DNA from: Nitrosopumilus sp.
Lineage (GTDB): Archaea > Thermoproteota > Nitrososphaeria > Nitrososphaerales > Nitrosopumilaceae
Direction of reading: 5' to 3'
Assembly: GCA_965203315.1 (NCBI GenBank)
Contig: CBDBCE010000002.1
Span: forward strand, 1 to 29,234
Length of the DNA: 29,234 bases
The translations under genes were made by a program, and so were the position numbers. The notes beneath the pieces were generated by a model that did not search any database, was not told the origin of the DNA, and worked only from the letters and a program-made list of their open reading frames with translations. Each line of letters starts with the position of its first letter. Position 1 is the stretch's first letter. Positions 26,363 through 29,234 of the stretch are shown here, piece after piece.

Positions 26363-27008
26363 AAGTTTGTGCACAAGTAAATTTAATATGGATTCAACTT
26401 AATTATAATTAGCTGTCTTAGTGTTTGAACTGTAACTGTTAAACTTGTTCTTAAATTTTTAGGTGCTGAATCAACACCGACACTAGTAGAACGCTTGCCA
26501 CCACCATTTGAAGAGACAGACAGAACAAGGGATGAACTTCAAGACCAATAAGAAGAACGAACGGCAGTTTATAAACATTATGTAACAACTTTACGGGACA
26601 ATTCAAATGTTTCGGCATGCTAAGTATAATTTTTATTTGATTTGAACCACGTACATACCTGTTTCTTCTGATATCGCCAATACACTCGTACGAAACAATG
26701 AAGTATCAATTCGAATGCGCTAGAAGAGCATCCATCCCACGATTCTGGTCGGTCTTTGTCATCTGTATTCACGGACAAGGAGACTACCGTGTATATCGAG
26801 CGAACGGTTTATTTCCGAGTCAATCGACGGCCATATTCACGGTACATACCGTGACATAATATGCAAATACGATAATACACGGACCCGTGAATACACCGTA
26901 CGGAAACCCGTGTAATTCTCGTCCTATACGTGTTTACGGGAACGGTTTCGACGTGTAAACGGGACCGTGCACAACGCACGTTTTCCCTGTGTGTCTTGTA
27001 TGTATATG

Positions 27009-27825
<817 letters not shown>

Positions 27826-28113
27826 CTAGAGCTCAGCCATGTTTGTGAAGGGGCAAATCCTCACATTATGGATCAATTTCCTGTGTCTGTACCCTGAGCA
27901 CATCTTGTGGCAGGCAGTGTGTGGATCAGTTTTCTCCTTTACTTCGACCAAGCAGTCTTGTTTATACTTGTATTCCAGTAAAGTAAGAGTGTTCCAAGAC
28001 ATGTGGATAATTATCTTCATTGTGATTGCTATATAGACCACTTGTGCTTCCACTGGGAAGCATAAGCTCTCAGAATTAAGAAGTAAAATCTTATCTTCAA
28101 GAAGTGGAAGCAG

Positions 28114-29234
<1,121 letters not shown>

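Overview
Eukaryotic, almost certainly invertebrate animal DNA: short GT-AG introns and (GT)n/(CA)n microsatellites. A sponge-like lineage is my inference only. The window is a stack of nested DNA transposons with no clear host gene. From left to right: (1) a pogo/Fot1-like DD35D element inserted at a TA in an 18-bp minisatellite; (2) a ~20-kb block between two same-orientation halves of that minisatellite, holding a head-to-head pair of a ParB/Srx-like gene (minus) and a Sola-like DUF7869-type DDD transposase (plus), both slightly damaged; (3) in the last intron of that transposase, a foldback element with 613-bp inverted arms, into which an intact 5378-bp P-superfamily element has jumped; (4) a perfect 116-bp palindromic MITE; (5) a CACTA-like non-autonomous element with a 128-bp tandem repeat; (6) a 9-bp minisatellite and an inverted duplication of a DUF6729-like fragment. 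The most striking feature is the P element. Its 11-exon transposase lacks a THAP domain and stops just after the catalytic glutamate, while a separate convergent gene appears to encode the missing C-terminal domain, suggesting a split, two-subunit P transposase. All exon models and family assignments were made by eye and need confirming by HMM search.
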